A stretch of DNA of 64,000 nt from Mizuhopecten yessoensis (lineage: Eukaryota), in contig NW_018407298.1 in the NCBI RefSeq assembly GCF_002113885.1, positions 129,462-193,461 of the forward strand, in the 5' to 3' direction. The number at the start of each line of letters is the position of its first letter. Position 1 is the first letter of the stretch. A program made the position numbers and the translations under genes. The notes under the pieces are model-generated. The model saw only the letters and a list, made by a program, of their open reading frames with translations. It was not told the origin of the DNA and did no database searches. Shown here piece by piece: positions 40,421 to 53,914 of the stretch.

Positions 40421-41510
40421 CATAGTGTGTTTCATATTACTGTCACTGATCCAACACTTGTGTTTATAATGCCATGTTATATATGTGTAATATACAAAAG
40501 GACATTTATCTCAAAATATTTTTCATAATTTTGTTGTCCTTTTCATTCTGTGAAACAAGACAAAGAAAGGTAGAGGACAGTTTTGCAAACTTGTTTTTAT
40601 GGAAATATAATTAGAGTTAAAATACACATAAATTTTGAAAAATTCAACAAAATATAAATATATAATTAGAATTGAAAAGAACTGTTTATTCCAGATAAAA
40701 GCCAAAGATACTCAGAATATTACCGGCTATATATGTAATGTAAAACATTGGATCCTATTTAATGGTAGTCAGATCACAGGAAAATGAATATCCTTATAAA
40801 CATGTTAGAAGTCATGTTTGATTGATTGATTGATTGATTGATAGGTTTTACGTCCGCTTCACTACCGAGTTCGGTAATCCAGCAGACGAATAGTCATGTC
40901 ATAGGAAACTGTTTATGAACTTTCTACGGTTCTTTGAGGGGCATTGGTTAGTCTGCAGTTCTGGTGTTGATGAACCTCTTCTCACAAAGAGACAGTACAT
41001 GTGTTATTTTTTACTTCCAAATGTATATTTATATGTTAACGAAAAGTGTTCAAAACTGTTATTTGTTAATAATGTACTTTATTAAATTTCATTAATATAC
41101 AGGCTGTGTACAATCTACTTCATTAGAAACCGGACAATGTAATAGAGAGAGAATTTTATACATAGTTCTGTAGTGCAATCTGTGTGTATGTTGTTGTTTA
41201 TATATATATATATTTATGTGTACATGCTTTATACTATCACATTTTAAAGTTTGTGTTATTAATCTTTTATGTATATCATGTATTGGCTTGTGTGTGGATA
41301 TATGTAACAGTCAAGAAATCCGTTTTTGACATCATGTTTACCTTATTCTACAAAGAATATAGAAATCTCAGTCTTCCTCTCCTCAAATTAAATGTCTTTC
41401 ATGTTTGACATGATGTTTATATTCTGGACACTTGATTCCTAGAATAGTTCAGCTGACTTCTTTATATGTATTTATACATTTGTTTACATGGTACCACTGA
41501 GACTCATGCT

Positions 41511-42232
41511 TACATGTATCTGTATAGTACTACATGTATCTGTATAGTGCTACATGTATCTGTATAGTACTACATGTATCTGTATAGTACTACATGTATC
41601 TGTATAGTACTACATGTATCTGTATAGTACTACATGTATCTGTATAGTACTACATGTATCTGTATAGTACTACATGTATCTGTATAGTACTACATGTATC
41701 TGTATAGTACTACATGTATCTGTATAGTACTACATGTATCTGTATAGTACTACATGTATCTGTATAGTACTACATGTATCTGTATAGTACTACATGTATC
41801 TGTATAGTACTACATGTATCTGTATAGTACTACATGTATCTGTATAGTACTACATGTATCTGTATAGTACTACATGTATCTGTATAGTACTACATGTATC
41901 TGTATAGTACTACATGTATCTGTATAGTACTACATGTATCTGTATAGTACTACATGTATCTGTATAGTACTACATGTATCTGTATAGTACTACATGTATC
42001 TGTATAGTACTACATGTATCTGTATAGTACTACATGTATCTGTATAGTACTACATGTATCTGTATAGTACTACATGTATCTGTATAGTACTACATGTATC
42101 TGTATAGTACTACATGTATCTGTATAGTACTACATGTATCTGTATAGTACTACATGTATCTGTATAGTACTACATGTATCTGTATAGTACTACATGTATC
42201 TGTATAGTACTACATGTATCTGTATAGTACTA
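41511..42232. repeat. 20-bp almost perfect minisatellite, 36 copies
   Basis: (TACATGTATCTGTATAGTAC)36 with one substitution in the first copy. Confidence 0.98.
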
Positions 42233-42949
42233 TTGTTCGCATACATGGTATGCAGCTCATTGTTATTAATAATGTTTTCATAACTGTATTTAACTAAATC
42301 AATTAACTATGCATCATTTTATCTGTATGGTTATATTAAATTGAATAAACTTATTTTTATATTAATTAGAAAGAACTGTGTTCCTGATTTTATTGTTGCT
42401 TTTCTGATGTATTTGTACACTAGTAGTTATAGCTAATGCTGTATGGAAACTATATGAAGGACACCTATAGAAAACTACAGTACATCTTTGTAGACATATG
42501 TACAGGTGTCTTAATTAATGTCCTTGTGGCATCATCGATCATTACTGTGTGATGTCATGGTAATTATGACGTCACAATAGTGCCTTAGTCATACAGTACA
42601 CATAGAAACCATCACAGGTTGGAGGGTGTAAACATTTCCATCCTGAAGGTGTTAAACGATGTATCTTTACCTGAGTACGAACTACTCATAGAGATTCAAG
42701 GTTAAGAGAAGCATTATGTGAGTGTTTCTATGTGTACTGTTCTTTTAAATGTGTCATGCACTGGGCTTTTGTGAAAGACTTGGGAATTGCTGTTGTTGAT
42801 TTAAATGATGACATATCAATGAACTGGCGAAAGAATTGTCATCTAGCGCATCATATGACTTATGACCCAACAAAAGATCTATTGAAGAACCTTACTAAAA
42901 GGATAGCTCCATTTCCAAGGATAGGCAAAGATGTCTCATTCTAGACATA

Positions 42950-44700
42950 AAGGCAGGTTAATTGAAAGGCAATCCGGTGCTGCATTAATATAACCAGGTC
43001 ATCCCTATAGAGTCTTAGTCAGCAGGATTCAAACACCCAACAGAAAGATTGCTGAGTTGGCGAAAACTGAACGGGGTGACCATGTCGTTAAATAGTCCGC
43101 TGCATAAATCTGAAATATGAAGGAATGTCATCAATGCACCAATACCCGGCAATGCTATCCTTTCCTGCTTTGATATGTGTAAATTATACGTATCCATATC
43201 AAGAAAGGAAGGATTTCATGGTATGCAAAAGTCAGAAGATCCTCTCACACCTCTCCGTCAGATGATGTCATGAGTATGATAGCGTACTGTTTAAGACGAT
43301 GATACCTTTAGTCTGGACGAGAACAGCTCAAAACAGACGGGAGAAGTTGCGATTGAGTATACATACAAAGTACTAGGATGAATAACGTCTACGTTGTGAT
43401 TATTGGCTATATTTATTTATATATAATATACATCGGTGACGGGTTTGACTCATGGACAGAAACTCTGGAGCCTCTACTACATAAATGTTACTTTTGCAGA
43501 ATATTCGAACGCACTTCACAAGGATATCAAGATCGAACTTAGATAGAGCAAGGACAAAACGATTTTTAAACATGTGTACATCTGGATACTAAGAATAGAC
43601 AAGTACATAAAGATTGGTATGTGAAACTAACAAACAGTTGTACTTGCAAAGGGTGTTACACAAACAACGGTGCCGTCAATATATCTTCCTCATGTGATAG
43701 AGCACAGTGCATTATTCACGTTACGGAATTTAGTTTACTGTTTACTGTTCAGTAACTGTGACACCACTATTTATACAGAAAATACAAAAAGATACGTAAA
43801 CATGAACAATTGAACAAAGTAAAAAGTCAATAAACAGGCACTTCAGTAAGAGCAATCAATCGTCAAAAGATTTAAACATGTCTCTAGATTGTACCACCAA
43901 CTCCAGAGAAATGGGTTTACAAACAACTCGTTACCAGCTATATCCATAGGGATACATTGCTAAGATAAGCGTTATTTGAGGAGTGCTCTCTGTGTAATTA
44001 CTATGACTAAACCACTATTGCGAAGTCATAATTTATTAAAATGACATTACATGAATTGATGACGTCAAAAGGACCACAGGCACCTGTACATGTACACAGA
44101 TTCACAGAAGCGCAATGCATGCCAAATTTAAAGAGACTGCATATGATTCTCAACCAGATTATGTTTTATTCACAGAATTTAGTTCACTGCCGTTTTGTTT
44201 AGTAACTGTGACACCACTGTTTATGCGGAAAATACAGAAACATACAATGTACGTAAACATGAACACCTGAACAAAGTTGAAAAGCCAATAAACAGGCACT
44301 TCAGTAAGAGCAATCAATCAGCAAAAGATTTAAAAATTTCTATCATAAAGGTGTTAAAAGGTGCCTCTAGATTGCAGCACCAACTCCAGAGAAATGGATT
44401 AGGAAACAAATCGCTACCAACTACTAAAAAAATAAAGTATATCCATATGGATGCATTGCTAAGATAGGCGTTATAACCTGAGTGCTTCTCTGTAAAGCAG
44501 CACTATTGCGACGCCATAATTTATCAAAATGACATCACATGGATTGATGACGTCAAAAGGACCACAGGCACCTGTACATGTACATTTGAACTATCAAAGT
44601 CAACACTACCTAGAACCAGAAGCATATCCACGGTTCATGAAGAAGGCTAGGAGACTGAACATTTGAAGTTATTCTTTGTAATATACAAGTAATACATACA
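42950..44700 (+). mobile_element. Fossil Penelope-like retroelement (RT + GIY-YIG remnants) with a partial tandem 3' duplication
   Basis: Disrupted translations DMCKLYVSISRKEG, TV*DDDTFSLDENSSKQTGEVAI, YIGDGFDSW, FAEYSNALHKDIKIELR* follow the order of Penelope RT motifs; ORF 44195-44467 (C...Y.E...R.HEHL...PINRHF...DLKISII) is GIY-YIG-like; ~43720-44095 is repeated at ~44170-44585. Boundaries approximate. Confidence 0.75.
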
Positions 44701-44984
44701 TGAATAATATGGTCACAGCTTGTCCATGGACTTTACAACTGAAGATTGAAAAAAGGGGAAAGACAAAGTACGTGTTTAGACTGCGTCTGCAGATGGGGGT
44801 AATATCGAAGCGTCATTAAAACCATAATTCGAACTCAAAATCAATAAAACTTGGGCAACATAGGAGCAAAGAAGAGATTGGCGCAGAGACCATTAGAAAG
44901 TACAAAGAGAATAAGAACAGGTGTTCCGAAAAGGGAACCGCTTCATCGATTACATCAGCCATGTAAATCTAAGTCGAATCCAAG

Positions 44985-45400
44985 TAATGTCAGGTCCTCG
45001 TGTCGAGAACTAGGGTAGTGACAACACAACCATAAGTAATGTCACGTCCTCACATAGAGAACTAGGGTAGTGACAACACAAGCACAAGTATTGTCACGTC
45101 CTCGTGTCGAGAACTAGGGTAGTGACAACACAACCACAAGTAATGTCACGTCCTCACATAGAGAACTAGGGTTGTGACAACACAACCACAAGTAATGTCT
45201 CGTCCTCGTGTCGAGAACTAGGGAAGGGACAACACAACCACAATTAATGTCACGTCCTCGTGCCGAGAACTAGGGTAGTGACAACAAAACCACAAGTAAT
45301 GTCACGTCCTCACATAGAGAACTAGGGCAGTGACAACACAACCACAAGTAATGTCTCGTCCTCGTGTCGAGAACTAGGGGAGTGACAACACAACCACAAG
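44985..45400. repeat. 52-bp minisatellite, 8 copies, two interleaved variants
   Basis: GTAATGTCACGTCCTC(GTGTC/ACATA)GAGAACTAGGGTAGTGACAACACAACCACAA. Confidence 0.93.
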
Positions 45401-45509
45401 ACACTGTTATGAGCATAGTCAAAAACATCGACCTTCATATCACAGTAAGAAATAACATATTTCCCTGCGAGATCATGATGACTACCATACAATCTGTCCC
45501 TAATCCAGT

Positions 45510-45830
45510 CGTCTCTGGTCCAGCACAGGTGCTAGTCTGGACGTCATATCGTCTCTGGACCAGCACAGGTGCTAGTCCGGACGTCATATTGTCTCTGGAC
45601 CAGCACAGGTGCTAGTCTGGACGTCATATTGTCTCTGGACCAGCACAGGTGCTAGTCCGGACGTCATATCGTCTCTGGACCAGCACAGGTGCTAGTCCGG
45701 ACGTCATATCGTCTCTGGACCAGCACAGGTGCCAATCCGGACGTCATATCGTCTCTGGACCAGCACAGGTGCTAGTCCGGACGTCTTATTGTCTCTGGAC
45801 CAGCACAGGTGCTAGTCCGGACGTCATATT
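45510..45830. repeat. 40-bp minisatellite, 8 copies
   Basis: GTCTCTGGACCAGCACAGGTGCTAGTCCGGACGTCATATC. Confidence 0.95.
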
Positions 45831-45919
45831 GTTCCTTATACTGTATTTTGATATATTGAAATATTGTAGGTTGAATGTATGAAATGATATAATGTCTTGT
45901 TAGTGGTCTGATACATTAA

Positions 45920-46570
45920 CTCTTGTTCAATGTCTATAACAAATCACCTTGTTCAATGTCTATAACAAATCACCTTGTTTAATGTCTATAACAAATCACC
46001 CTGTTCAATGTCTATAACAAATCACCCTGTTCGATGTCTATAACAAATCACCTTGTTCAATGTCTATACAAAATCTGTTCAAGACCTACAAAAAATGCAC
46101 TTTGTTCAAGACCTATAAAAAATGCACTTTGTTCAAGACCTATAAAAATGCACTTTGTTCAAGACCTATAAAAAATGCACTTTGTTCAAGACCTATAAAA
46201 ATGCACCTTGTTCAAGACCTACAAAAAATGCACTTTGTTCAAGACCTATAAAAAATGCACTTTGTTCAAGACCTATAAAAATGCACTTTGTTCAAGACCT
46301 ATAAAAAATGCACTTTGTTCAAGACCTATAAAAATGCACCTTGTTCAAGACCTAAAAAAAATGCACTTTGTTCAAGACCTATAAAAAATGCACTTTGTTC
46401 AAGACCTATAAAAATGCACTTTGTTCAAGACCTATAAAAAATGCACTTTGTTCAAGACCTATAAAAATGCACCTTGTTCAAGACCTATAAAAAATGCACT
46501 TTGTTCAAGACCTATAAAAAATGCACTTTGTTCAAGACCTATAAAAATGCACTTTGTTCAAGACCTATAC
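45920..46570. repeat. 26-27-bp minisatellite in two variant blocks, just downstream of the carboxylesterase stop
   Basis: TTGTTCAATGTCTATAACAAATCACC, then TTGTTCAAGACCTATAAAAAATGCACT. Confidence 0.93.
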
Positions 46571-46734
46571 ACACCCTTTGTTGCTGAAAGTCTTCTTGAC
46601 CTTAACCAATTGTTTATATTGGATGGGCAGACGCATACTGACATCGTTATAAACTTAATAAAACATGAGTAATGAGTTTCATCAATCATCAAAATACGAC
46701 CGCTGTAGACTGAGACAAGAGTATAGTAGAATAT

Positions 46735-49290
46735 CTACACGTATAACGCTAGAGCATTTAAAACAATCATTCCAACCAAATAAGATACAGGCGTATACAG
46801 ATTTCGGGCTGAGTTGGTTACGTCACTTTTCAGGCTGTTTGGGATCTCTTCCAATAGGAACTTCATGCGGGCCTGGAACAGGTCTTTGCCTTGTGTTGGT
46901 TCATACTTGATGTCTATATATCTACGGTCAGTATTACTGTACTCAGGCCAATAGACTAAGCCGGCATCGTTTGGGTTCCTATGTAGAAACAAAATAAATC
47001 GGTATTAATAGGTTTAGTCTTTCAGTCATTACGAAATAAGGAACACGTTCTAACAATTTCTTGAAAAATAGATTGAAATGAAAATTTTGGTAGCAATGGA
47101 TTTTTAAGTGCAACCTCGTTCAAAATTTTGAAATCATGATATTTTTATTGAAATAATTTAGTTGTTGTTGATCATACAAGAGTAGACCCGCTGATGGCAT
47201 TCCGCTGAGCACAAGTATCCTTACTAACGAGGTAACAGTAAGTACGGAATCACAAAGTTATAGTACACAGAAACAGAATTGTCAGCCCAGCTAATGAAGT
47301 TACACTACACACAGAAATAAAAGTGACGACTAACGCAGCATGCCACTATCTGAAGGTTTCAAGAAATGGTTTGAAAGGTTTTCTTTTTCAATTTGACCCC
47401 TGCATGTGATCTTGAAAATTGGTCAAGGTAATTTGGTTGCACTTTATACCAGCATGATACTGGCCACATATCATGGCTCTGGGTGTTTTTGTTTTTCAGA
47501 AAAAGTCGTTTAAATGACAAGGAAAGGACCAAGAAGCGCTTCATTGCATGATTCTTACTACCATCGGCCTCTGGGTAAAGTCATTTAAGGTATTTTCGCA
47601 TTTAATCCTAATCTGTTTACGTTCTAAATTCCTACCCTATTTGCATACGACACACACTGTTACATGTAACACCATTATTGCATTCCTTGTTTACATTCTG
47701 ATTACCTACCCTGTCTTTGAATACCTACCCTGTTTTAGCAAAATTGACGAAGTACGAGTTGAATGTTTCTGTTAACGCCCGGGCCTGCTCTGTGGCAGCA
47801 AATGCGGGTGCTTGGTTATAAGGACCGAACTGGTAGCCCGTTTCCTCAGCGTGGCCTGCGCCTAGCATCCAATAGGGTTTTTCATACAATGTGGTCGTAT
47901 TCGTCACCTGGGAAAACACATATTGGTATGTTTTACCTGAGCCCTGTCCTTGACTGTGGAAATTCAGTATTTGCACGGTCGGGGCCAAAAAACACGAGTC
48001 ACCATACAGGTTGGCGATGTTCCTGCTTCGCTGAGCCTTGTCATTAGTACTGTATCTCTTACATATCATGTCGGATACGGCGGAACCAGCCTGGAACATG
48101 TCCCTGGCTACAGCTGGGGCCATCACGTTACACAGTAAGGCTGGCGGATAGCCGTCGCTCGTGTTAAACTGCATTGTCCCTTCGTAAGGGTAAAACATGT
48201 ACGTTGCAACCGACCCCTCGTTTTCCATTGTGCCTGCTATCAAGTCTATAGATTTGAAGAAGACAGATTCAGCCGAGTTGGGATCGCTTAAACTGTCGAC
48301 GGGCAGCGTGCGGAAGAGTTGCCTGTCAACGACCGGGTAGAGCTGCGAGGCGATAGAGAAGTAGCCGTAGTAATGGACGCTAGTAGTTGGCTCAAGAGAG
48401 GCCTGCAACAACACGTCAGCCGAAACATACTGAAGGCAGTCTGTCACCACGTTACGATTGATGGTGGAATTGAGAGTCGGTATACACCCCACGTCTTTGA
48501 TGACTTCCCTGGCAACTCGGATTGGATCAAGCGATATCGACATGAGGCTTGTTGCAGATCCACTCTGAGCAATCACTCGATGAAATAAACCTCTGTTGCT
48601 AGGGATACTTGCCAGTAACGTGACTGATATTGCACCCGCCGATTCACCAAATATAGTTACATTGTTGGGATCCCCTCCGAAAGCCGCGATGTTTGCTTGC
48701 ACCCACTTCAGAGCTTCAATCATGTCCCAGAGTCCGTAGTTACCAGGCAGAATATCGTCTCCCGTACTCAGAAACCCAAATACACCCAAACGATAGTTTA
48801 TGTTTACGCCGATGACGTCCTTTATTGCGAGGTAGGACGAGTCATATGCAGTTCCTTGTTCTATAATATACGATCCGCCATGGATCATGAACATGACCGG
48901 CTTCTTGTCTGTTGTAGAGATGGGATACGTGGTAAAAATGTTCAGCTGCAAGCAGTCTTCTGACAGATTCTTGTTTTCTATTCTTGCCCACTGATAGTCG
49001 CCCCCTATAGATTTATATTGCACACATGACGGTCCGAATGCTGTTCCGTCGAGGGTGTCTTCCCACGGCTCTATGGGGACAGGCTTCTTGAACCTCAGCT
49101 TGCCTACGGGAGGTTTGGCGTACGGAATGTTACGGAACTGTGTAACATTCCGCCTGAGAACGGACTTAACCAGTCCCTTTATGGAACCAGATGGGGTTTT
49201 GAGGGTCGTGGTGAACTGACCCGACACGCACATGACTACTGTCAGGGCGAAAAGCAGCCTTGTCGACAGGAGGAGGCTCTGGACTGTCAT
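46735..49290 (-). CDS. Type-B carboxylesterase / cholinesterase-like alpha/beta hydrolase, ~601 aa, secreted or GPI-anchored
   Basis: Exon 49290-47729 spliced (GG|gtaggt...ag|G) to exon 46978-46735 restores NFAKTGNPN. Signal peptide, IPYAKPPVGKLRF, SEDCL, HGGSY, NYRLGVFGFL, GNYGLWD, FGGDPNNVTIFGESAG (Ser), ENEG (Glu), GHAEE (His), hydrophobic C-terminus. Confidence 0.95.
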
Positions 49291-49549
49291 TGTGGCTCCT
49301 AAAACAAAGCAACAAGGAAGTATGCTTTAGTTCTACAGGCAAAATTTCGAAACAAATGACTTCCCGTCCGGAAAAAAGGGAATTCTGGCCTATAAACTGA
49401 TTTGCTCGCCAGAATGCCGAGGAAAATATATAAAATAAACGTGCTACATCTTTGTGAAACAGAATGTGCCTCTGGAAATATATATGCTAGTAAGTATTAG
49501 GATGGTCAGTTTTCTTGCATGTGAGTTTGTTGACAAATCGAGCAGCATT

Positions 49550-49940
49550 TTATACCGTATTAGAAAGTCTGGTTTCTGACGTAATGTAAAATAATTCAAT
49601 TTTGCCTATCTCCCCCATAATAATTTTTTTGGTATATATCGTATATACCTAAAAAGAAAAACAACTGATGACAGAACTACTTTTTACACTTCAGAATGCA
49701 AAATTACAACGCAGCCTTTTATTAGGGCAATTGTTTAGTTTACGTAAAAATTAAATAAATCTTTAACTGTGCATTTACAACGTGTTTGTCTACTTTTTAA
49801 AAATTAAATTATAAAGAAGGCCCAAGATTTTGTTTTAGTATATATGGTATATACCGAAAAAATATTGTGCACTTTTTGCATAAACCGCTTCGCGGATTTA
49901 TGCAAAGTGCACATTTTTTTTTCGGTATATACCGTATAAT
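49550..49940 (-). mobile_element. Hairpin-ended non-autonomous element of a different family, same architecture as X/Y/Z
   Basis: ~98-bp palindrome at 49841-49938 centred on CCGCTTCGCGG; a short copy of the terminal motif TATACCGTAT at ~49551. Confidence 0.55.
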
Positions 49941-50500
49941 AAGAATAATAATAATAATATACAGCATTTATATAGCGCCCTTTATAATTTGTAAAATTAC
50001 TCTAAGGCGCTTTACAACATATGGATAATAGTAATGGTTATAATTGTGAAAATAAACAACAAAGGCTTGCAATCACTTTCATACATTTAACAAGCAATGT
50101 GCACATAATTGAACAAATAATAGGGTGGTATTTACATGACGTCTTTGCAAAGATTCTAAAATGCAGACGTGAAGAGGTGAGTTTTTATGTCCCTCTTGAA
50201 CTTGGCCAGGGAATTCGACTTCCTAATAGCAGATGGTAAGCTATTCCACAACGTAGCCGAAACCCTCCCAAAGCATCTGTTTCTGTAGGTCCCAGTACGA
50301 GATTTTGGGACACACAACAAAGATTCTGACTCCGACCGCAGTGATCTTGACGGCTAACAAGTTCCTGTATATACCAAAACAAAATCTTGGTCATTCCTTA
50401 AATAACCTGGCCTGATACATGTATATCCTGACCTCTTCGAATCCAGCTTCTCCTCACACCTCGAAAAATAAAAAAGGCCGTTCCCTTAATAAGTGAATTC
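49941..50500 (-). mobile_element. L2/CR1-clade LINE 3' fragment with internal deletion
   Basis: Minus-strand peptide CFGRVSATLWNSLPSAIRKSNSLAKFKRDIKTHLFTSAF* (50275-50156), typical of the ORF2 C-terminus; upstream CCVSQNLVLGP resembles GVPQGSVLGP; 3' tail GTAAAGCGCC...GGCGCTATATAAAT...(ATT)n. Confidence 0.8.
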
Positions 50501-53500
50501 GTCATCAGAGATATGTTGTTTAGAGTATGGTTAGCATACCGGCAACTTTACTCAAATCTACTGTCAACATATCCAAATCTTCCATAATTAAAAAAACAAC
50601 AACAACAACACCGCTACAGACACGAAACACAAATATACATACATTTGTATTTATATGCTGAAGAAAACTCGATTTGATTTCTTGTTTCCTCTAACGACTG
50701 CTCAAAGTTTGTGACCACATGATGGGCCGAGATTGATGAAACTTCGGCGTTGTGGAATACAATTGTGGGTGCATATTTGGATTCCTGTAGTATTATAGAT
50801 ACACACGCTTTGCTGGTATCAGATTTATAGTTCCTGCTATCTATATATCAGCATTCTACATTCTTACATCACAGTATAAGGACGTGTGAACTTTGGGAAC
50901 TTTTTCTCATCGAATGATATTGAATTGGTTTAAGGCCATTTTGTTTACGATTAGAAAAGCAAGTTTTCGTTACAGCCTGTTTGAGGTCGCAGTCCAGAGT
51001 TAATTCTGAACCTACGATTTCAGATTTAGCACAGGGAAAGAATTCATATATGAAAATGAAGAAACAAGATTTAAGAACCATCCACTTTCATCGGACGTGA
51101 ACAGGGTTTATTTTTAAATAATTTTTGGTGAAAGTAAAACGCGTCTTTCCCCAACGAAACGTGACAGATATCCAGTTTGAAAGGCGCTACTGTTGTTCTC
51201 GAAATATATATCGTAGAGAAATCTTTCTTATCTAGTAATCAATAATTTCTGCATAAAGTTATATTTTTTGACCAAAATATTTGTTTAGTACATATACTTT
51301 ACTATGTCACAATTCAAGCGCAGTTGATGTTTTAATTTTGTTTTTGACAATGAAGATGACACTTGTAAATCTACAAATAGTTCCTTTCCAAGAATATGTG
51401 GCAGTTTTATACTATTGACGGTAAAATTTTAAAAACATACTAGAAACAAATGTGAGAAACCCGTTTAACTAGTCTGGACCGCTCCTTAAGAGCCACAATG
51501 AGTATGATTTGGTTGATACTATCTTTAAGGTCGTACCCTGGTGTGTGTCATATTTTGATACAGAAGGGTTAGCAGGAATACTACCATTTTAAGGACTCTG
51601 TGTGTCCCTGCCTAAGGACAGAACCTATTGCCTACCTCAGATAACGAACGTTCTGCAATATTAATATGGCCTAAAGTGAGGTGGTGCCAAGGCTGGCATG
51701 ACGAAATATTAAGAAGATCAAGAAAAGAAATACTAGAAAAGTTTGGACAGATCCTCCCAACTTTCACAATAAGATGAGTTACTAATAGCAATACCCGAAA
51801 TCCTCCTGCTGATGACGCAATATATTAAAATCGTCTCGCCGTTAGGAGCTACATTATGGCGCTAGTTACCAATGTACCATTTTACACTTCTCATATGTTG
51901 TAATGGCACATTTAAAAAAAATGGTTAAAAAGGGATGGTTGGATTGCTCTTCGTCTAATCCCTACTCCTTTACCAATCAGGCATTGTTGTACTCATCCGG
52001 CAAAATGGCTCGAAGGTTTATCGGAACACGTAAGCAACCCCTCTCCCCTTCCATCCCGACTACATGGAGTTGGCAATTCATCAAGCACACAATGAATTAA
52101 CACCACATATCAGTAGGATTTCAGACAGAAAAGAAATCTAGACCTACTATTAGTATGTCAGATACAGTGTTAACCCTAACCCTTCAAAGCAAACCCCTAA
52201 ACTATTACGGATTCCTATTTATTACGTTTTTAACCAATCACATCAATAGACCTATTCCCTAAATATACCCGACATTCCCATCGTGATCTTTATTTGACCG
52301 CTGGACCTCGACCTCAATTATTAAAATACAGTGAAATACGGGTTTCTGGAGCATATATCAGCCATTCTTCGTGAATGGACCCCGACCTTTGTATAATGGT
52401 ATATCATATTGAGGCGAAGAGTCGCACACCAAACAGGAAGTCACTAGGACTCCTTTTGACCTTTGATACTAACCTCAAGTATAAAAACTATGGTTTCCTG
52501 AACATATCCAGCCAGTTGCAGGGTAAATCACGGGTAGGCGGTGTGTCATATCCTAAAATGAGGTCACATGGAACGTTTTGTCCTCTGACCTTGACCCCAA
52601 GATCAATAAAATTGTACAACAGTTTTTTTCCGATGCTTACATTGGTTACCGTTTTTTATGGATGGACTTCAGAGGAAACGCTGAAGTTAGGTTACAGTTT
52701 ATGTCGCATAATAAAATTGGTTCCTGTAACCACAATATAGCATCTAGCTTCAAATACGGAATAGGCGTTGGTTTCCGGAGGACATATTTGCTACCATTTA
52801 TGAATGACCATTGTCAGACGGTCATAGTGTCACGAAATGAAACGATGTCATTGAAGTCAACGTGTAACTATCTGACCTTGACCTCAAGTACCAAACATTA
52901 TTTATTTATGGAATAGATATGTGAGGGCGGGGGTATTCTTGAAACCATTTCTTCTAGTTAAATCTGGTTTATTTTGTTTTGGTTTTTAGCTTCTGAATGG
53001 CAATTTTCCTCTCTTTTACTACTGTCAAAAGTAATGTCATGACAAGGGATCGAAGGCTAAACAACAGTGTGTTGAACGTATTAAATAGCTGCTTACGTGA
53101 CTAGCAATGTGCCACAGTCCATATAAAATGTGTTGTTATACAATAAAAATGTTTGCATTTCGTTGTGTTGTGATGTAAGGCAAACACCTGGTTTATCACG
53201 TGTTATGGTCGTCTCCTTTCTAAGTTTTATGAAATTATTTTGCTGTAGGTAAATTCATGTTTATCCAGTAATATTTGACGTGTTTTTACTTCACCATATC
53301 GATTAAAACGTGAGAATTCGTCATGTTTACCAGTAATGATACAGATTAGTCAAACGCGTACACCGGTCTGAGAACAAAGTAAAATATTTGACTAAGATTG
53401 TTTACAGTGTGGGCTAACTCTGATCATTCCATATTTACTTAGTTGAATACTCAAGATATGTACACTCTATATCAGAGGACCTCCTGTTTGTCTGACTAAG

Positions 53501-53914
53501 ACACTCGGTATTACAGTCAAAATCGCTTTCATACAACAACCTTGGCTTTTGCCGAACCAAAAAGGATATACGCTTGTAAAACAATTTTAAGAGTGGAAAC
53601 TAATTAGATTAACTATAAACCTGGAATAGTCCTAACACATTCTATTTGTATAAGACGAGGTGCATAGTACAACAAAAAACGCAGCGTTTCGATCTATCCC
53701 CCCGCTAGTAATTATGCCAATAATTAAGTGTGTCTTCAGGTATAAAACATCACACGTCATGAATCGCTACACACCATGCATCTAACCGTTTGATATAACT
53801 CACAACAAGTCATATAGGTAATAAGCCGATACAAGTCCAGTATATTGACAGAAAGAATACTTGGAGGCCGTCGGGTGGTTTTAATGTTTGATCAAACATA
53901 CCATAAAACCATTC

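Noticed and set aside
47725-49290. 521-aa single-exon esterase as given by the ORF track
   Set aside because: The TAG lies inside the donor GTAGGT; splicing to 46978 restores TGNPN and the C-terminal region.
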